Translations under genes and position numbers: made by a program
Source of the DNA: an uncultured cyanobacterium
GTDB lineage: Bacteria; Cyanobacteriota; Cyanobacteriia; Cyanobacteriales; CAWCAG01
Direction of reading: 5' to 3'
Assembly: GCA_963803805.1 (NCBI GenBank)
Contig: CAWDOD010000002.1
Coordinates: 224,001-288,000, forward strand
Length of the DNA: 64,000 bases
Part shown: piece after piece, positions 50,322 through 60,759 of the stretch
Layout: the number at the start of each line of letters is the position of its first letter
Numbering within the stretch: the stretch's first letter is position 1
The notes under the pieces: generated by a model
Database searches by the model: none
Told to the model about the DNA's origin: nothing
The model's input: the letters and a program-made list of their open reading frames with translations, nothing else

Positions 50322-52148
50322 TTAGTAAGCACTTCCTAGTAACTCAAAAGCTGACCAATAGTAAGGATGTTCAAAATTTTGATCCTGAATTGATAGGTTA
50401 TTAGGTAAAAGCTGGGCAATTAGTTTCGGATTTGGCTCTTCTGCTGATGCTTTAGGTCGATATATAAGGGAGTTACTCTTAATTTTAACTCTTTGTTCTA
50501 TCATAGCTAACTGAGCTTCCTGTAAGATTTGCGCTCTTGTTAATCCTCTCTGCTCAGAAAGAATCCGGTAGAAGGTTCTCATCATAGCCATTGTTCCCTC
50601 GTCACTTACTCTCCATAAAGAACCAATAGCTGATTCAGTACCTTGTGACCACATAGCCCCACCAAGACCAAACTCTCTGTCTTTGGCTAGATTGGAAGAT
50701 GAACCAGAATTATTATCTACTAAAGATTCACAAGCACTAAAAACAACCATTTCTATTGCTGAAAAGTCAAGTTCTATAAGTTCTTGAATATTTATCTCTC
50801 CTTGCCTTGTACTTAGATTAATATGATCTCCTCCTTTAGCCTCTCCGTGGGTAGCAATATGTAAAATTTGGCTGGCGACTTCTTCACCTAAGCCTAGTTT
50901 GAGGGCTTCCTGAACTTTCTCCCCCCCTTGAGGATGCTGTTGTACTGCTTGCCCTAAAATATCCTGAATGCGATTGAGACGAGGCAATAAACTTCCTAAT
51001 TGGGCTTGTATATTTGGTTCAACTTCTTGTTCTTGAAGATATTTTTTCAAATTAGCTAGATTAAATAAATACTCTTTCGGTATAGTTATACCCTCAAGAT
51101 TATTAATATGCATCACCTCTGGAAGCACAAAAGGCAAAGGAGCAGGACCATTAAAGGTTGTTTCTCCTAAAGCTGTAATTTCCGGACTCTCTTGATTAAG
51201 AGGAGTTGTTTGGGTCATGGAGAAACTAGGAGATACGGAGAGGCTGAAGCGTTCAATCAAGAATTCATGCTCATTGGATAATGCTGATACAGGCATAGTT
51301 TGTAACTCTTGGTCTAGCACTAAATGGAGATGATTGACTCCTATGTTGCTTAAGGTTTTTTCAATTGGTTTAATCATCGCCGTATACAATAGTTGTGCCG
51401 GCCCTTCAAATGCTGTTCGCCGACTGGAGTTTGTTGCTGTTGCTCTGAAGTTTATTAATCGCTTCTGCAAATCTCTCCAATCAATAGGCTTAAACCGATG
51501 AATAGGAGGGTACTGAGGATCACCAGGAATAACTACAATATCTATACCCTGTTCCGCACCTTCTTCGTTTTGTACCATCAAATAAATAATTGCTGACTTC
51601 ATGCCTGTTGCTTGATCTGCGGCATGGATTCTCTGCTGCATCGAAGCCATTGTTTCTGGATCGTTAGCAATTTCTTGATTATTGAATTCCTTAATCCTTT
51701 GCAGCTCAAACTGTTCTACTGTTTCACTAACTTCTTCGGCTGATTCACTAATTGTACGGGGAGCAAAGGGGTCGTTAACGGTATCTTCTTGCTGTCGCTG
51801 TAATGCCGCAGTTGCCCTTCGCTGTACCATAGATGCTAAATTATCAGCAATTAATTCTTCTCTCCTCTCATTTTGGGGGGCATAAACCCCTTGGTAAGAA
51901 AAGTTACCAGATTCAGTATAAGCTTCGGGCTTGGCTTGTATTCCCTGATCTGGGGCGGCTTCAGACAAATTAACTAGATGATCTCCAAGACGTTCAGCAT
52001 TTGCCCGACTAATCTCCATTTCCTCTAAAGTTTGTCCAACTTTCTGGGGCTGAGGTGCAGGTGCATAACTTGGTTGTGGGAAACTTGAACCTTGAGGTAG
52101 CTTAGCTGGCTGAAAATTAGGCTTTTTGATCCTTTCGTAACTTGCCAT
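50322..52148 (-). CDS. CHAT-domain (caspase-HetF-like) protease with low-complexity N-terminal leader
   Basis: Catalytic HIATHG and FSACES, GSLWRVSDEGT, HPYYWSAF. Confidence 0.88.
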   Translation of the reverse strand: MASYERIKKPNFQPAKLPQGSSFPQPSYAPAPQPQKVGQTLEEMEISRANAERLGDHLVNLSEAAPDQGIQAKPEAYTESGNFSYQGVYAPQNERREELIADNLASMVQRRATAALQRQQEDTVNDPFAPRTISESAEEVSETVEQFELQRIKEFNNQEIANDPETMASMQQRIHAADQATGMKSAIIYLMVQNEEGAEQGIDIVVIPGDPQYPPIHRFKPIDWRDLQKRLINFRATATNSSRRTAFEGPAQLLYTAMIKPIEKTLSNIGVNHLHLVLDQELQTMPVSALSNEHEFLIERFSLSVSPSFSMTQTTPLNQESPEITALGETTFNGPAPLPFVLPEVMHINNLEGITIPKEYLFNLANLKKYLQEQEVEPNIQAQLGSLLPRLNRIQDILGQAVQQHPQGGEKVQEALKLGLGEEVASQILHIATHGEAKGGDHINLSTRQGEINIQELIELDFSAIEMVVFSACESLVDNNSGSSSNLAKDREFGLGGAMWSQGTESAIGSLWRVSDEGTMAMMRTFYRILSEQRGLTRAQILQEAQLAMIEQRVKIKSNSLIYRPKASAEEPNPKLIAQLLPNNLSIQDQNFEHPYYWSAFELLGSAY

Positions 52149-52200
52149 AATTAACCCCTAGAGATTTCGTCGAGTGTTAAGCAGCTAATACTATTTGTTA

Positions 52201-52281
52201 TTAAACATCATTAACCTCATCAAGGGGCAAACTTAAAGCCTTAGCTACTTGCTCCGGTGTCAAACCCATTTTTAGTAACCA
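52201..52281 (-). pseudogene. Rpn/DUF2887-type C-terminal tail remnant
   Basis: Minus frame WLLKMGLTPEQVAKALSLPLDEVNDV*. Confidence 0.5.
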
Positions 52282-52493
52282 AGGTTCAATCGAGTAATGC
52301 CCTCGTTCATTTAGAGAACTGCAACAAATAAAATATCCTCACAAAGTATAAGATTTTAGCAACTAGCGACTAGCCATTAGCCATTAGCTTAAGAATCTGG
52401 TAGCTGAGTATGGTCAGGGAAAGGGGGTGGCAGTATTGTAGGTTCCAAACTTTGAGTCATAACCGTTGAAGAGAAGGAGTTACTCTCATTTTA

Positions 52494-52524
52494 CTCCCTT
52501 ACCCTTTACCCTTTACCCTTTACC
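52494..52524. repeat. Heptamer tandem repeat (CCCTTTA)n, STRR-like
   Basis: CCCTTACCCTTTACCCTTTACCCTTTACC; similar heptamer runs at ~11763 and ~52371 (TAGCCAT) and ~23406. Confidence 0.7.
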
Positions 52525-52532
52525 AGTCCACC

Positions 52533-53579
52533 CTACAACTGAACTGGACTTAGCCAACCTCGTAGGAAGTAGAATAAAGAACTGAGATACTCTTCAACTA
52601 CTCGCGTTGTGGTTACTAAAGCCTCCGCAGAGGGTAGAAAATCACTTAGTCTAATTCGCCTTTGAGGAGTTTGTTCACCGCTTTCAAAAGTGTAAAAATC
52701 TGTAGGACGAGGTAAAACATTCAAGCCTTCTCGTTCAAAAGTTAACTGGGCGCGGCGGATATTAATCCCCGATGATACTAAAATAATTGGTTGACCAGCT
52801 AATCCTCGCTGACTGAGAATATCCTTAACTGATAAAGCACTACTACGTAAATTGCCCCCTCCGTTATTAGGGACAATTTGACTAGCAGGAACACCATATT
52901 TTTGCAGCAAAATAGAAATATCCCTGGCTTCATCAACAGTTTGTTCGTCTCCTTTTAAATTACTCCTGGGACCAGCACTAACAATAACAATAGGAGTACT
53001 ACCCAAACTACGTTGTTGTCGATATAAATCTGCTGCATAGAGAATGCGATCGCCACTTTCAGTAAGCTGAATTTGGGTACGATAGGGAAGATTAGCTTGG
53101 GTTGTCCCTTCCCCTAAAAGAACAATGGCTTCAGCCCGCTGTTGTCCTGTGGGAGTGACGCTACCTCTGGGACCTAAAGCTTCCTGCCTTCTTTGTTCTA
53201 CTGTGATGGCATCTCTTTCTGCTAGTTGAGCCATTTGATAGGCAAACACAGGCAAACTAGAAAGAAGTAAGACAATAAAAGCCGCCCAGATAAAATAAGG
53301 CTTAGGGGATTTAATATCACCACCAAACTTAATAGGTGCTATACCCAAAAGTAGTAACAAAAGAGTTAAACCTATTGGTTTTAAAGGAATAGAAAGTATT
53401 GTCCAAGCGGTAGAAATAAGACCATCTTGAGGATTCAAAAAAGCCAGAAAAATTAGGGCTATAAAAGCTAAGCCCCCAAAAATAGTCAGAAATTTATTGG
53501 GAATCAGCTTGATCAGTAAATAGTAAATAGCAAAGCCAACTAGCAGCCAAAGAAAAACCCGTGTCAGTAGTAGGAACAT
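52533..53579 (-). CDS. YdcF/DUF218 family membrane protein
   Basis: N-terminal TM helices; AIVLLG, IVSAG, ILVSSG..IRRA, EEYL. Confidence 0.85.
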   Translation of the reverse strand: MFLLLTRVFLWLLVGFAIYYLLIKLIPNKFLTIFGGLAFIALIFLAFLNPQDGLISTAWTILSIPLKPIGLTLLLLLLGIAPIKFGGDIKSPKPYFIWAAFIVLLLSSLPVFAYQMAQLAERDAITVEQRRQEALGPRGSVTPTGQQRAEAIVLLGEGTTQANLPYRTQIQLTESGDRILYAADLYRQQRSLGSTPIVIVSAGPRSNLKGDEQTVDEARDISILLQKYGVPASQIVPNNGGGNLRSSALSVKDILSQRGLAGQPIILVSSGINIRRAQLTFEREGLNVLPRPTDFYTFESGEQTPQRRIRLSDFLPSAEALVTTTRVVEEYLSSLFYFLRGWLSPVQL

Positions 53580-53627
53580 AATTTATCAGTTAATCACTTG
53601 TTTTGTAGTTATGGGGAATAACCCCAA

Positions 53628-55109
53628 TTAAAGCTTGCCCTGAATTGCCTTAATGACAGTGGAAATAGTTTCCACACGAGCATAGTACTTGTCATTTGCT
53701 GGCACAATCTTCCAAGGGGCATGGGGAGTATTTGTTGCTTCAATTGCTTGATTAATTGCTCCCTCATAAAGATGCCATTTTTCTCGATTGCGCCAATCTT
53801 CCTCAGTTAGCTTATATTGCTTGAGGGGATCTTGGCGACGTTGTTCAAATCTTTTAAGCTGTTCTTCTGAACTAAGATGCAACCAGAATTTTACTAGCAC
53901 ATAGCTGCTACTAGTTAATTGCTCTTCAAATTGATTAATTTCTTCGTATGCTCTACTCCATTGAGCAACATTAGCTAAACCCTCTACTCTTTCTACTAAA
54001 ACCCTACCGTACCAACTGCGGTCAAAGATACCAATAGTTCCGGCCGGAGGCAAGCGTCGCCAGAAACGCCAGAGGTAATGATACTGTTTTTCTTCTGGGG
54101 TGGGGGCAGCAAAAGTACTAACTTGATAACTACGAGGGTCTAAAATAGCACTCAAACGCTTAATTGCCCCTCCTTTACCTGATGCGTCCCAACCCTCAAA
54201 AATAACTAACACAGGAATTTTTGATTTATGAATACTGCGTTGAAGCGATCGCAACTCAACTTGGGCTTGACGTAACTGTTTTTGATAATTTTCTTTAGTT
54301 AGTTTTTTGCTTAAATCAACTTTTTCTAGCCGATTAGATTTAGGCTTTCCCGTCAAAATCAAGGTGGGAGTAGAAGACATCCCCGGAAACAAGCTTGATT
54401 TTTCTTCTAAGGCTTTTTTGAGGATAGTAACTAATTGTGAAAGAACTTTTACCTTCGCCCAACGGGGACAATCACTAGCAATTGGGTTCCAAGGAGCGAA
54501 CTTAGTATTAGTTTTTAGCAGCATCTCCTCAGCTAAATCAAAATACTCTTGATAGCGTTTAGCTTGTTGCCAATCTTCTGGACGCACTCGCCAAGAGTTT
54601 AATTCGTTGGCTGCATATTTTTTCAATCTCTTTTTTAATTCTTTATGACTTAAGTGCAAGCAAAACTTAGCTATGGCAACACCATCAGCAGCTAAATTTT
54701 TTTCAAAAGCATTAATTTGGTCAAAAACCTCTGCTACTTTAGCTTCTGGCAACTTCCCTAATAACCAATCTTCCCAAACATGGGAATACCAACTATGGTA
54801 AAAAAAACTAATTTTGCCTTGGTGAGGAATCTTACTCCAAAAACGCCAAAGAAAAGGATACTGTTGCTCCTGCGGAGTAGGAGGCAAAATAGGATGTACC
54901 TCGAAACCACGAGGGTCCATATAGTTGACTATTTTTTTGACTAAAGACCCCTTTCCTGCGGCTGCCCAACCTTCTAAGACCACAATTACCGGTAACTTTT
55001 TTTCCCAACAAGCCAGTTGTAACATTCTTAACTGGCGCATTAAGTCATTTATTTGCGACTTATAGGAGTCTTTATCAAGGGTAGGGGTCAAATCGAGATT
55101 ATTGAGCAT
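53628..55109 (-). CDS. Polyphosphate:AMP phosphotransferase (two-domain PPK2)
   Basis: EGWAAAGKG and EGWDASGKGG, FDRSWYGRVLVERVE. Confidence 0.92.
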   Translation of the reverse strand: MLNNLDLTPTLDKDSYKSQINDLMRQLRMLQLACWEKKLPVIVVLEGWAAAGKGSLVKKIVNYMDPRGFEVHPILPPTPQEQQYPFLWRFWSKIPHQGKISFFYHSWYSHVWEDWLLGKLPEAKVAEVFDQINAFEKNLAADGVAIAKFCLHLSHKELKKRLKKYAANELNSWRVRPEDWQQAKRYQEYFDLAEEMLLKTNTKFAPWNPIASDCPRWAKVKVLSQLVTILKKALEEKSSLFPGMSSTPTLILTGKPKSNRLEKVDLSKKLTKENYQKQLRQAQVELRSLQRSIHKSKIPVLVIFEGWDASGKGGAIKRLSAILDPRSYQVSTFAAPTPEEKQYHYLWRFWRRLPPAGTIGIFDRSWYGRVLVERVEGLANVAQWSRAYEEINQFEEQLTSSSYVLVKFWLHLSSEEQLKRFEQRRQDPLKQYKLTEEDWRNREKWHLYEGAINQAIEATNTPHAPWKIVPANDKYYARVETISTVIKAIQGKL

Positions 55110-55486
55110 TAACTTAAACTGATCAACTAAATAAAAAATACCGGAGAATGAACATAAAAGGTTGAAGTAGCAAAATAATGCAAGTAATTCACCATTAATG
55201 GAAAAAGCTCAAATATAAAATTTTTGCTTTTTAGTGAAGTATATCTTAACGGTGTTGTTTCCCTTACATCTTGCCCAGAGGTGAGGTCGCATCGCAATTT
55301 AAAATTAGCTAGCTATTAGCCAAAACGTAAAAATCAAGGTGTGAGAATGGACATTATTTTTAGTGAGAACTGCTATATGACCGATGCTCTATCATTTTGT
55401 TATCTAAAGTAAAGCAAAACCATACTAAGATTTACTGAGTCGCTCGGCAAAGGTTTAAAGTGCCAAAAACTACTGAGGAAAGTTAA

Positions 55487-56485
55487 GTGTCGCAAAGTAA
55501 ACCAACCATTCTTGTCACTGGCGGTGCTGGATACATTGGTTCTCATGCCGTACTAGCATTGCTAAATACTGGATACAGAGTTGTCGTGCTAGACAACCTA
55601 TCCTATGGACATCGGGAACTAGTAGAAGAAGTTTTGCAAGTCGAATTAATAGTCGGAGATACAAGGGATCGCCTTCTTTTAGACCAGCTATTTGCTTCTT
55701 ATAACATTACGGCAGTTATGCACTTTGCAGCTTATATCGCCGTAGGAGAATCTGTTCAAGATCCAGGCAAATACTATCGTAATAATGTTAGTGGGACTTT
55801 AACTCTTCTTGAAGCTATGGTGGCAGCTCAAATTAAGAAGTTTGTTTTTTCTTCTACTTGTGCCATCTATGGAATGCCTCAAAGCATACCTATGACTGAA
55901 GAACATCCTCAAAATCCTCTCAGTCCCTATGCCACTAGCAAATGGATGATTGAGAAAATTCTCACGGATTTTGATCAAGCTTATGGCTTAAAATCCGTAG
56001 CTTTTCGCTATTTTAATGCCTCTGGCGCTCATCCTGATGGTTTGCTTGGAGAAGATCACAATCCCGAAACTCACTTAATTCCTCTAGCTTTATTAACAGC
56101 TTTGGGTAAAAGAGAATCTCTAGCTATTTTTGGTACAGATTATGATACCCAAGATGGTACTGCCATGCGAGATTATATCCACGTCTGCGACTTGGCTGAT
56201 GCCCATGTTTTGGGACTTAATTATCTCCTCCAAGGTGGTAAGAGTAATGTTTTCAACCTTGGTAATGGCAATGGCTTTTCTGTTAAAGAAGTTATTGAAA
56301 CCGCAAGACAAGTTACCGGCAAAGAAATTGTTGCCCATCATAGCGATCGCCGCCCAGGAGATGCCCCGATTTTAATTGGTAGTAGCCAGAAAACGCAAAA
56401 AATCCTTAGTTGGCAACCCCAATATCCAGATTTGCCTACCATTGTTGCCCACGCCTGGAAATGGCATCAACAACGTCATGGTTAG
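55487..56485 (+). CDS. galE: UDP-glucose 4-epimerase
   Basis: TGGAGYIGSH, FRYFNASGA, RDYIHV. Confidence 0.95.
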   Translation: MSQSKPTILVTGGAGYIGSHAVLALLNTGYRVVVLDNLSYGHRELVEEVLQVELIVGDTRDRLLLDQLFASYNITAVMHFAAYIAVGESVQDPGKYYRNNVSGTLTLLEAMVAAQIKKFVFSSTCAIYGMPQSIPMTEEHPQNPLSPYATSKWMIEKILTDFDQAYGLKSVAFRYFNASGAHPDGLLGEDHNPETHLIPLALLTALGKRESLAIFGTDYDTQDGTAMRDYIHVCDLADAHVLGLNYLLQGGKSNVFNLGNGNGFSVKEVIETARQVTGKEIVAHHSDRRPGDAPILIGSSQKTQKILSWQPQYPDLPTIVAHAWKWHQQRHG

Positions 56486-56535
56486 GAGTTAGTAACTACC
56501 ACATCCTCACCAAAAACTAATCACCAACAAAAAGA

Positions 56536-56838
56536 ATGACTAGTGACCAATTTAATCGCTTAGAGTCAGTTATTGCCCAAATAGGAGAAACGGTGCTAGC
56601 AACTACCCAAACTGTTGAAAATCTTGCTAAAAGGGTAGATGCCCTAGCTGTACAGATACAACACCAAGGGCATCAAGTTCAACAGCAAGGCTACCAAATT
56701 TTTGCTTTGAGTGATGCAGTACAAGCCTTAGCTGAAACCCACAATAAATCAGAAGTACAACTTAACCAATTAACAGAAACCTTACAGCGCTTTACTCAAG
56801 CTATTGAAATGGCTAATCAGCAACAAAAAGTGCGATAA
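56536..56838 (+). CDS. Hypothetical coiled-coil protein
   Basis: 100-aa Q-rich heptad ORF within the operon. Confidence 0.7.
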   Translation: MTSDQFNRLESVIAQIGETVLATTQTVENLAKRVDALAVQIQHQGHQVQQQGYQIFALSDAVQALAETHNKSEVQLNQLTETLQRFTQAIEMANQQQKVR

Positions 56839-56872
56839 ATCTAATGTGTAAATATTCTTGGGAAAAGATTTA

Positions 56873-57313
56873 ATGCCTCATTTTCACTCCTATTCTAAGC
56901 TAGTTTTGCTTAGTGCTGTCCTTAGCTTCGTTAGTGTTAGTTGTGCCAATAACAAAGTACAAGAGTGCCGAAAAATTATTGATATTACTGTAAGTGCATC
57001 CGGACAGATTGAAGAGCTTTCAGATAATGGTAAAACTCAAGACCCCCAAGAAGCTCGTGAAGCAGCTCAGGCGATGGAAGAAGCTGCTCAAGAAATGGAA
57101 AACTTGGTAATCAAAGATGAACAACTTCAAGAATATCAAGCTGGCTTAGCTAAATCCTATCGCGGTTTTAGCCAATATACTCGCGATTTTATTGCTGAAC
57201 TAGAAAAGAAGAATTTGCAAGCAGCTAAATCAGTACAGAAAAAATTGCAAGAGGTTGGCAAACAAGAAGAGAAATTTGGCAACGGCATCAACAACTATTG
57301 TCAGTCAGAATAA
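56873..57313 (+). CDS. Putative lipoprotein
   Basis: Lipobox-like VSVSC; helical; paired Cys. Confidence 0.7.
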   Translation: MPHFHSYSKLVLLSAVLSFVSVSCANNKVQECRKIIDITVSASGQIEELSDNGKTQDPQEAREAAQAMEEAAQEMENLVIKDEQLQEYQAGLAKSYRGFSQYTRDFIAELEKKNLQAAKSVQKKLQEVGKQEEKFGNGINNYCQSE

Positions 57314-57336
57314 ACATTCCCTACTCCCATGATCCT

Positions 57337-58464
57337 ATGAAATATGCTCTGATTCACGAGTGGTTAACCCCAAAAGCGACTGGAGGTTCAGAGCTTGTGG
57401 TGCAAGAAATTCTACAACATATTGAAGCTGACCTTTATGCCCTCATAGACTTTGAATCGGTTAACCCCCAGAGCTATTTATATAAACGGAAAATTGGCAC
57501 GACTTTCTTACAAAACTTTCCTTTTGCACGTGATGGCATACAAAAATATTTGCCTTTGCTACCTTTAGCTATTGAACAGTTGGATGTGCGAGATTATGAG
57601 GTAATTCTTTCGTCTTCCCATGCAGTAGCTAAAGGAGTCCTAACAACTCCTCAACAACTACATATCTGCTATTGTCATAGCCCCATGCGTTACGCCTGGG
57701 ATTTGACCTTCGATTACCTAAAAAATAGCCGCCTAGGGGGCGGTTTACCAGGTATTATTAGTCGTTATATGCTTCATCAAATACGCCAATGGGACGTTAT
57801 TTCAGCTAATAGAGTAGATTATTTTATTGCTAACTCTCAACATACAGCAAACCGTATTTGGCGCTGCTATCGGCGCAAAGCAGAAGTGATTTACCCACCA
57901 GTACAAACTAAGAGATTTCCTTTTGAGTCTCAAAAGGAAGACTTTTTTATTACTGTTTCTCGCTTAGTTAGTTATAAACAAGTATCTTTAATTGTTAAAG
58001 CTTTTAATCAATTAGGATTACCCCTAATGGTTATTGGTGACGGTCCGGAGTTAGCAAAAATTACCAAATTAGCAAAACCTAACGTAAAAATTATGGGTTC
58101 TCAACCAAATGAAGTAGTAGAGCAATACCTAGCGAAGGCGAAAGCTTTTGTCTACGCTGCTTGTGAAGATTTTGGTATCGCCTTAGTAGAAGCACAAGCT
58201 TGTGGTACACCAGTAATTGCTTTTGGTACTGGTGGTGCAGCAGAAACCGTTCGTGATATCAGGGACTATCCTCAACAAGGAACAGGTATATTATTCTCTG
58301 GGCAAACCTCAGAAGCCCTCGTCAAAGCTGTGGGAACTTTTCAAGAACTTCAGGGAACATTTAACCCAGAAGTCTGTAGACTTCAAGCTAACAAGTTTGA
58401 ACCCCAAGTTTTTGTCAAGAGCTATTTGAGCTTTATTGAAAGCTGCGTTCATAAATTAAAATAG
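57337..58464 (+). CDS. Glycosyltransferase family 4
   Basis: ALIHEWL..GGSE, YCHSPMRYAW, EDFGIALVEAQACG. Confidence 0.92.
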   Translation: MKYALIHEWLTPKATGGSELVVQEILQHIEADLYALIDFESVNPQSYLYKRKIGTTFLQNFPFARDGIQKYLPLLPLAIEQLDVRDYEVILSSSHAVAKGVLTTPQQLHICYCHSPMRYAWDLTFDYLKNSRLGGGLPGIISRYMLHQIRQWDVISANRVDYFIANSQHTANRIWRCYRRKAEVIYPPVQTKRFPFESQKEDFFITVSRLVSYKQVSLIVKAFNQLGLPLMVIGDGPELAKITKLAKPNVKIMGSQPNEVVEQYLAKAKAFVYAACEDFGIALVEAQACGTPVIAFGTGGAAETVRDIRDYPQQGTGILFSGQTSEALVKAVGTFQELQGTFNPEVCRLQANKFEPQVFVKSYLSFIESCVHKLK

Positions 58465-58566
58465 GTAACTTAGTTCAAAATACTGATCTCTTGTAACTAG
58501 ATTTGCCTTAATTAAGGTCTTGTGGCTTTATGATCAAGGCTGTGTGGTGTGATGTGAAGGAGTAAG

Positions 58567-59298
58567 ATGACTGCTGAAAGCCAACTTGTCTCCGTCAAGC
58601 TTATGGAAGCCATCGTTAAACGAGGCTTTCAATCATTAAACGCTAAAGGGAAACGAAAAAGTTTACCTTGGCTAGTGCTAGACGGAAATTTTACCAAAAG
58701 GCTGTTTGACGTTCTATTTTCTTTATCCGTTCTGGTTTTGTTTTCACCTTTTTATTTGCTGCTGACTTGCTTAATTGGGATCAGTTCTCCTGGGCCTATT
58801 TTTTATGTCCAGCAAAGAATCGGGAAGAATCATCGGCCCTTTGGCTGTATAAAATTTAGAACTATGGTCAACAATGCCGATGAAGTATTGCTAGATATAT
58901 TGACTAACTCGCCAGATTTACAGGAGGAATTTGAAAAGAGTTTCAAACTTAAACATGACCCTCGTATTACTAAGATTGGTAAATTCCTCCGCTTAACTAG
59001 TTTGGATGAATTTCCTCAATTCTGGAATGTTTTGATGGGAGATATGAGTGTTGTCGGCCCTCGACCATTAGTTCCTGGAGAGCTACATAAATACGGTCGT
59101 CAAATCGATAAAGTGCTAACTATTCGACCAGGGATTACTGGTTTGTGGCAAGTCTCTGGTCGTAATGATATTCCTTATCACCGACGCATTCAAATTGACG
59201 TTTACTACGTAAATTGTCGAAATTGGTTGCTGGATATGTGGATTGTTGTTAAGACTATAGGCGTTATTCTTTTCCCTGGTAATAAAGGTGCTTACTAA
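58567..59298 (+). CDS. Priming sugar transferase (WcaJ/RfbP family)
   Basis: KRLFDV, KFRTM, SLDEFPQFWNVLMGDMSVVGPRP. Confidence 0.92.
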   Translation: MTAESQLVSVKLMEAIVKRGFQSLNAKGKRKSLPWLVLDGNFTKRLFDVLFSLSVLVLFSPFYLLLTCLIGISSPGPIFYVQQRIGKNHRPFGCIKFRTMVNNADEVLLDILTNSPDLQEEFEKSFKLKHDPRITKIGKFLRLTSLDEFPQFWNVLMGDMSVVGPRPLVPGELHKYGRQIDKVLTIRPGITGLWQVSGRNDIPYHRRIQIDVYYVNCRNWLLDMWIVVKTIGVILFPGNKGAY

Positions 59299-59572
59299 AG
59301 CACAATTTCCTAACCAAGGATAGGGGAGAGGGAATTATTTTCCTGAGTGAGAGTATATTTGGGGCGCTACATCTTAACTATTATTTAGCTAAGTTATTTT
59401 TGAGTAGCAGGAAATCTCCCCTATCCTTTGCCCACATTTGAATTAAAGAAATATTAGCTTAACATAGGGTGGACAGTAACAATCCTAGTTGAGTTAACTT
59501 GGTGTTAGATTAGTCGCCCACAAATTTTTAGCGGCTAGAAAACCTATTTCTTTATCTGGTGAAGATTTGAGT

Positions 59573-60652
59573 ATGACCCAACCCAAGCGAGCGTTAATAA
59601 CTGGTATCACTGGTCAAGATGGTTCTTATCTGAGTGAGTTGTTACTCTCTAAAGGCTATGAGGTTCACGGTATTATTCGCCGTACTTCTACATTTAATAC
59701 CGATAGGATCGATCATATTTACGTAGATCCTCATAATGAAAAGGCGAAATTATTTCTCCATTATGGTGACTTAACAGATGGCACAACTCTACGCCGTATT
59801 ATTGAGGAAATTAAGCCAGTAGAAATTTACAACTTGGGCGCTCAATCTCACGTCCGAGTCAGTTTTGACTCCCCAGAATATACAGTGGATGCTGTGGGTA
59901 TGGGGACATTGAGGATTTTAGAAGCAGTTCGGGATTATCAACAGCGTACAGGTATTGAAGTACGCTTTTACCAAGCGGGGTCTTCGGAGATGTTTGGTAA
60001 GGTACAAGATGTCCCTCAAAAAGAGACTACACCTTTTTATCCCCGTAGTCCCTATGCTTGTGCGAAGGTTTATGCTCACTGGCAAACGATTAATTATCGC
60101 GAGTCCTATGACTTGTTTGCCTGTAATGGGATACTTTTTAACCATGAATCTCCCCGTCGCGGAGAAACCTTTGTTACCCGTAAAATAACTCGTGCGATCG
60201 CTAGAATTGTCGAGGGTACTCAGAAAAAGCTTTATTTAGGTAATCTCGATGCTAAAAGGGATTGGGGTTATGCTAAAGATTATGTTGAAGCAATGTGGTT
60301 AATGCTCCAGCAAGATAAACCCGATGATTATGTCGTTGCTACCGGGGAAACCCACTCAATCAAGGAATTTCTCACTACTTCTTTTAGCTGTGTCAACTTA
60401 GACTGGCATGATTATGTCGAGTTTGATGAGCGTTATCTTCGCCCCACAGAAGTGGATCTACTCATTGGCGATCCTAGTAAAGCGAAAGAAAAGCTAGGCT
60501 GGGAACCCTCTGTAACCTTTGAGGAACTTGTTGCTTTAATGGTAGCAGCAGATTTGAAGGCTTTGGGTTTAGACCTACCTCAAACCGAAAAAATGCAAAT
60601 GGTAGAAGATAATGCTTATATACGTCGGGCAGTAGGAAGTGCAGTTGATTAA
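59573..60652 (+). CDS. gmd: GDP-mannose 4,6-dehydratase
   Basis: [36 protein letters not shown]. Confidence 0.97.
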   Translation: MTQPKRALITGITGQDGSYLSELLLSKGYEVHGIIRRTSTFNTDRIDHIYVDPHNEKAKLFLHYGDLTDGTTLRRIIEEIKPVEIYNLGAQSHVRVSFDSPEYTVDAVGMGTLRILEAVRDYQQRTGIEVRFYQAGSSEMFGKVQDVPQKETTPFYPRSPYACAKVYAHWQTINYRESYDLFACNGILFNHESPRRGETFVTRKITRAIARIVEGTQKKLYLGNLDAKRDWGYAKDYVEAMWLMLQQDKPDDYVVATGETHSIKEFLTTSFSCVNLDWHDYVEFDERYLRPTEVDLLIGDPSKAKEKLGWEPSVTFEELVALMVAADLKALGLDLPQTEKMQMVEDNAYIRRAVGSAVD

Positions 60653-60759
60653 CAGATCTGGATTTAACCAGATATGATTCCTATAGGGTGCTAAAGGGGT
60701 AAATCCGCAACGCACCCTCCCCAGTTCATTATCGCCCCTGCAGAGAACAGAAAGTAAAA

